A stretch of 64,000 bases of DNA from Alphaproteobacteria bacterium. GTDB taxonomy: Bacteria; Pseudomonadota; Alphaproteobacteria; Rs-D84; CACZYB01. The stretch is from positions 15,789 to 79,788 of the forward strand of contig JAEDDP010000003.1 in NCBI GenBank assembly GCA_016297965.1, in the 5' to 3' direction. The translations under genes were made by a program, and so were the position numbers. Under the pieces are notes generated by a model, which had not been told where the DNA came from, did no database searches, and worked only from the letters and a program-made list of their open reading frames with translations. Below, in pieces: positions 60,686 to 64,000 of the stretch (within the stretch, counting starts at the first letter, position 1; each line of letters starts with the position of its first letter).

Positions 60686-61300
60686 TTATAAACCTAATTT
60701 TTCATTTATGATTTTCATTATACGTGATGAAACTTCATCAATAGTGCCAACCGAATCCATTAAAACACAACGTTCAGGATGAAGTTTGGCAACTTCACGG
60801 AAACCCTGCGCTCCCTTTGATAACCACTCATCCCCCATATTTTCAAAACGGTTCATTTCGGTTAAAATACCGTGGGATTTGTCATGTGCAATATCAAAAA
60901 TAATTGTAAGGTCCGGTTTGAAATCGCCAACGGAAAGTTTATAAAGTTCCTCCATCCGGTCAATGCCAAGTCCGTGTGCGAATCCTTGGTATGCGGAGGT
61001 TGTATCAAAAAATCTGTCGCAAATAACGATTTTGCCACTTTGAACCGCGGGTTTTATAACTTGGTTTACATGGTCATTACGAACAGCGGTAAAAAGAAGT
61101 GCTTCGGTCATTGGCTCCATTTTATCAACATCACCCTTTAAAAGAATAGAGCGAATCTTTTCCCCAAGTGGTGTTCCTCCCGGTTCGCGGGTGGTTATAA
61201 CATCGTGTCCAAGACCGCGTAATTTGTCAGCAATAAGTTTAGTTTGGGTTGTTTTACCAACGCCCTCGCCTCCTTCAAATGTAATGAAAAATCCAGCCAT
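60686..61300 (-). CDS. tmk: Thymidylate kinase.
   Basis: FITFEGGEGVGKTTQ P-loop and a DRF motif region. Confidence 0.85.
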   Translation of the reverse strand: MAGFFITFEGGEGVGKTTQTKLIADKLRGLGHDVITTREPGGTPLGEKIRSILLKGDVDKMEPMTEALLFTAVRNDHVNQVIKPAVQSGKIVICDRFFDTTSAYQGFAHGLGIDRMEELYKLSVGDFKPDLTIIFDIAHDKSHGILTEMNRFENMGDEWLSKGAQGFREVAKLHPERCVLMDSVGTIDEVSSRIMKIINEKLGL

Positions 61301-61310
61301 ACCGATACCT

Positions 61311-62486
61311 CTATTTTACAATGTGCAAAATTATTTGTTGAATGTTTTTGAAAATACGACCAATAAAACCAGTTTTTTTAACATCTTCCAATATGATAAG
61401 TTTATAGTCGCGAATCTTTGTTCCATCAATATAAAGGGTTAATATGCCAACCTCCTCTCCTTTTTTAACAGGTGCGGGGATTGGTTCCTTATATGTCGCA
61501 CGAAGTTCAATGTTCGGTGTTTCACCGTTCTTGCTTGTTATAAGCACCCTATCCGAAATTCCAACGGGAACGGTATCCTTTTTACCAAACCATACTGGGA
61601 TTTCAAAAACTTTGTCTCCTTCGTTATAGTAAACTAAATTTGAAAATTCACGGAATCCCCATTCAAGCAAGGATTTTGAATCGGTAAATCGTGCATAACT
61701 TCCATTTGTTCCCTTTATTCCATTTACAACAGAAATAAGCCGGCGATTGTTTTTTGTGGCGGAGGAGGCAAGACCATATCCCCCCTGCTTTGTATGACCG
61801 GTTTTAAGACCATCGGAATTAGGCATAATCCAAAGGAGTTTATTACGATTATCCTTATTTCCAGTCAAATCCTTTTTATAAAGAAATTCTTTTTCGCTGA
61901 AATAGTGATAATAATCCGGAAAATCCTTTATTATATGACGTGTAAGTATTCCCAAATCTTCGGCGGACATAAGGTGATTTTTATCATACCAACCAGAAGC
62001 ATTTACAAGATGTGTCCTTTTAAGACCAAGACGGGAAGCCAAATCATTTAATTCCCGAACAAAATTTTCCTCACTTCCACTGATATTTTCGGCAAGAACT
62101 ATTGTTGCATCGTTACCGCTGTTTACGATAATACCACGGATAAGGTCTTCTATACGAACCTTTTCCCCCTGTTCAAGGAACATTGTGGAACCGGAATTGG
62201 CATTCATTGCCTTTGCCTTTTTCCATGCCTCAGGTCCAACAACAAACTCTGTATCAAAGGTGTATGTACCATCCTTTATTTTTTCAAATACACGATATAC
62301 AGTCATAAGCTTACTCATAGAAGAAGGAGGAACCATAACCATAGAATTTTTTTCATAAAGTACCTTTCCACTGTCGGCATCCAAAAGTATAGCGTATGGA
62401 GCCTTTAATTCCGGTGTTGGTGCCGAATAGGTTGATTTGTTTGCAAAAAATGAAAGAATAACGGCAGGAATTAGTATTTTTCTCAA
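61311..62486 (-). CDS. dacA: D-alanyl-D-alanine carboxypeptidase (PBP5/6 class, DacA-like).
   Basis: Signal peptide; SMSKLMT (SxxK), SGN and KTG motifs; PBP5 C-terminal domain. Confidence 0.8.
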   Translation of the reverse strand: MRKILIPAVILSFFANKSTYSAPTPELKAPYAILLDADSGKVLYEKNSMVMVPPSSMSKLMTVYRVFEKIKDGTYTFDTEFVVGPEAWKKAKAMNANSGSTMFLEQGEKVRIEDLIRGIIVNSGNDATIVLAENISGSEENFVRELNDLASRLGLKRTHLVNASGWYDKNHLMSAEDLGILTRHIIKDFPDYYHYFSEKEFLYKKDLTGNKDNRNKLLWIMPNSDGLKTGHTKQGGYGLASSATKNNRRLISVVNGIKGTNGSYARFTDSKSLLEWGFREFSNLVYYNEGDKVFEIPVWFGKKDTVPVGISDRVLITSKNGETPNIELRATYKEPIPAPVKKGEEVGILTLYIDGTKIRDYKLIILEDVKKTGFIGRIFKNIQQIILHIVK

Positions 62487-62625
62487 TTTTTTCTCCTATG
62501 ATTTTATTTACAAAGTAATTATTACCTAATTTTTTAAATGATAGCAAGGACAAATTTTAAAATTTAAACTTGCTTATGATTTTTTTTTTGGTAGAATTGC
62601 GACATAGTATATAGAGGCAAAGTTT

Positions 62626-63822
62626 ATGAGCGATACAGAAAAAACATATAAGGTTTTAGCGAGAAAATACAGACCAAGTACATTAGAGGAGCTTGTAGGT
62701 CAGGATGTTTTGGTTAAAACAATTACAAATGCAATAAAAACTAATCGTTTGGCACATGCATATATCTTTACCGGTATCCGTGGTGTTGGAAAGACTTCTA
62801 CCGCACGAATTTTTGCAAAATCGTTAAACTGTATCGGTGCGGATGGAAAGGCAACCGGTCCACAAATAAAACCATGTGGTGTTTGTGAACATTGTCGTGC
62901 AATTGCCGAAGACAGGGACATTGATGTTATTGAAATGGATGCCGCAAGTCGTACTGGTGTTGACGATATACGTGAAATCATTGATGGGGTTCAGTATAAA
63001 CCTTCATCTGCAAGATATAAGGTATATATCATTGACGAAGTTCATATGCTTTCAAAAAGTGCCTTTAATGCCCTTCTTAAAACATTGGAGGAACCACCAG
63101 AATATGCAAAATTTATTTTTGCCACAACCGAAATAAGAAAGGTTCCAGCAACTGTTCTTTCACGCTGTCAACGTTTTGATTTGCCACGTGTTGATATGGA
63201 TGTCCTTTGCAAACATTTCAAGCATATTTGCGAAATGGAAAATGTGAAAATTGATGATGCATCAATACAAATTATCGCCAAAACTGCGGATGGTTCCGTT
63301 CGTGATGGGATGAGTTTTCTGGATCAGGTTATTTCTAATTGTGAGGGAGATATTACTGCGGAAAAGGTTTCAAAAATTTTGGGACTGGCATCAAAGGTTG
63401 TGATTTTTGACCTTTATGAAAGTATTATGGGTGGTAATATTCAACGTGCAATTGATATTATTGATTCACAATATAAACTTGGTGTTGATCCGGTACTTGT
63501 TTTGACCGATTTGTTGGAAATGACCCACTTTATTACAAGGGTTAAAATTACTCCGGCATCGGCTGGACTTCTTCCTCTTATACCGGAAGAACAGGAACGG
63601 GTTAAACAGTTTGCATCAAAGTTAAGTATTGCTGTGCTTGCCCGAATTTGGCAGATGTTGTTGAAGGGATTTGACGAACTTAAAAAAGTGCCAAATGTCC
63701 TTTCGGCGGTGGAAATGATACTTATCCGTCTTTCGTATGTTGGAATGATGCCAGGTCCAATGGAGATGATACAAAAGATTGAAAGTCAAACTTCTACCGA
63801 AGTACAAAAAAAAAATAGCTAG
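62626..63822 (+). CDS. dnaX: DNA polymerase III subunit gamma/tau. The zero-frame product (398 aa) ends just after an A10 tract; an open +1 frame continues to the window end (candidate tau extension).
   Basis: AAA+ motifs (GIRGVGKTSTARIF, DEVHMLS), a Zn module (CGVCEHCRAI), and domain III. Followed by caaaaaaaaaat agc tag. See the finding at 63800..64000. Confidence 0.85.
   Translation: MSDTEKTYKVLARKYRPSTLEELVGQDVLVKTITNAIKTNRLAHAYIFTGIRGVGKTSTARIFAKSLNCIGADGKATGPQIKPCGVCEHCRAIAEDRDIDVIEMDAASRTGVDDIREIIDGVQYKPSSARYKVYIIDEVHMLSKSAFNALLKTLEEPPEYAKFIFATTEIRKVPATVLSRCQRFDLPRVDMDVLCKHFKHICEMENVKIDDASIQIIAKTADGSVRDGMSFLDQVISNCEGDITAEKVSKILGLASKVVIFDLYESIMGGNIQRAIDIIDSQYKLGVDPVLVLTDLLEMTHFITRVKITPASAGLLPLIPEEQERVKQFASKLSIAVLARIWQMLLKGFDELKKVPNVLSAVEMILIRLSYVGMMPGPMEMIQKIESQTSTEVQKKNS
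63806..63815 (+). other. A10 homopolymer slippery tract at the end of the dnaX gamma ORF.
   Basis: Ten consecutive A at 63806-63815; stop TAG at 63820-63822. The +1 frame starting at 63812 stays open for ~63 codons to the window end. Confidence 0.6.
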
Positions 63823-64000
63823 CCATATAAATACTTCCCTTTTGTTTGATGAGGTGGCGGATGCGACCGAAGGTGATGTTGCCACAATCACGATTGAGGG
63901 ATTGGTTTCAACCCTTAAAACAAAAAAATCCTTCCTTTTATCCCAAGATGTTGAACGGTTTGTTCGTTTTGTGTCATTTGATAAGGGGCTTCTTCTTATA

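Noticed and set aside
62626-63822. Interpretation of the short (398 aa) dnaX as a truncated pseudogene
   Set aside because: All AAA+ and domain III motifs are intact. The short product corresponds to a gamma-like subunit, and a coding-like +1 frame continues after the A10 tract. Slippage or a homopolymer error is more likely than decay.
1-64000. Search for tRNA, rRNA, CRISPR arrays, IS/transposase genes and integrases
   Set aside because: No cloverleaf-like GC-rich ~75-nt segments in the intergenic regions, no regularly spaced direct repeats, and no transposase/integrase-like ORFs were recognised.

Overview
This window is AT-rich bacterial chromosome, almost certainly alphaproteobacterial, and possibly from a Rickettsiales/Holosporales-like endosymbiont. 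The supporting evidence is a class I LysRS, a DUF3126 protein, an RHH_4 protein, an alpha-type dcw cluster and VirB6/TrbL-like paralogs. Most of it is well-conserved housekeeping:
- uvrB and fabI.
- A GT1 glycosyltransferase next to glgA.
- lysK, the rpmI-rplT-pheS-pheT operon, rimP-nusA-infB and clpP.
- prfB, which carries the canonical programmed +1 frameshift site.
- alaS and ddl, followed by a detached murF-like ligase.
- An SRP (4.5S) RNA gene, apparently unannotated.
- A compact dcw cluster (mraZ-rsmH-ftsL-ftsI-mraY-murD-ftsW-murG-murC-murB) with a convergent murJ.
- bamD, then the tatD-holB-tmk-dacA operon.
- dnaX, which ends in an A10 slippery tract with an open +1 frame continuing to the window edge.

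The accessory region is the first ~10.7 kb. Two tandem polytopic VirB6/TrbL-like membrane proteins sit on the minus strand; the first runs off the window start and is absent from the ORF track. Next to them, an SD-coupled five-gene operon (4031-7609) is the best candidate for a novel system. It encodes an acidic protein, a membrane-anchored NERD/PD-(D/E)xK-like protein, a 188-aa toxin-like protein that shares a positionally conserved N-terminal motif with the acidic protein, a SUKH/SMI1-KNR4-type immunity protein, and an RHH protein. A 1029-aa AsmA-family protein follows. No tRNA, rRNA, CRISPR array or IS element was found. All calls are motif/architecture recognition by eye; no database search was run.
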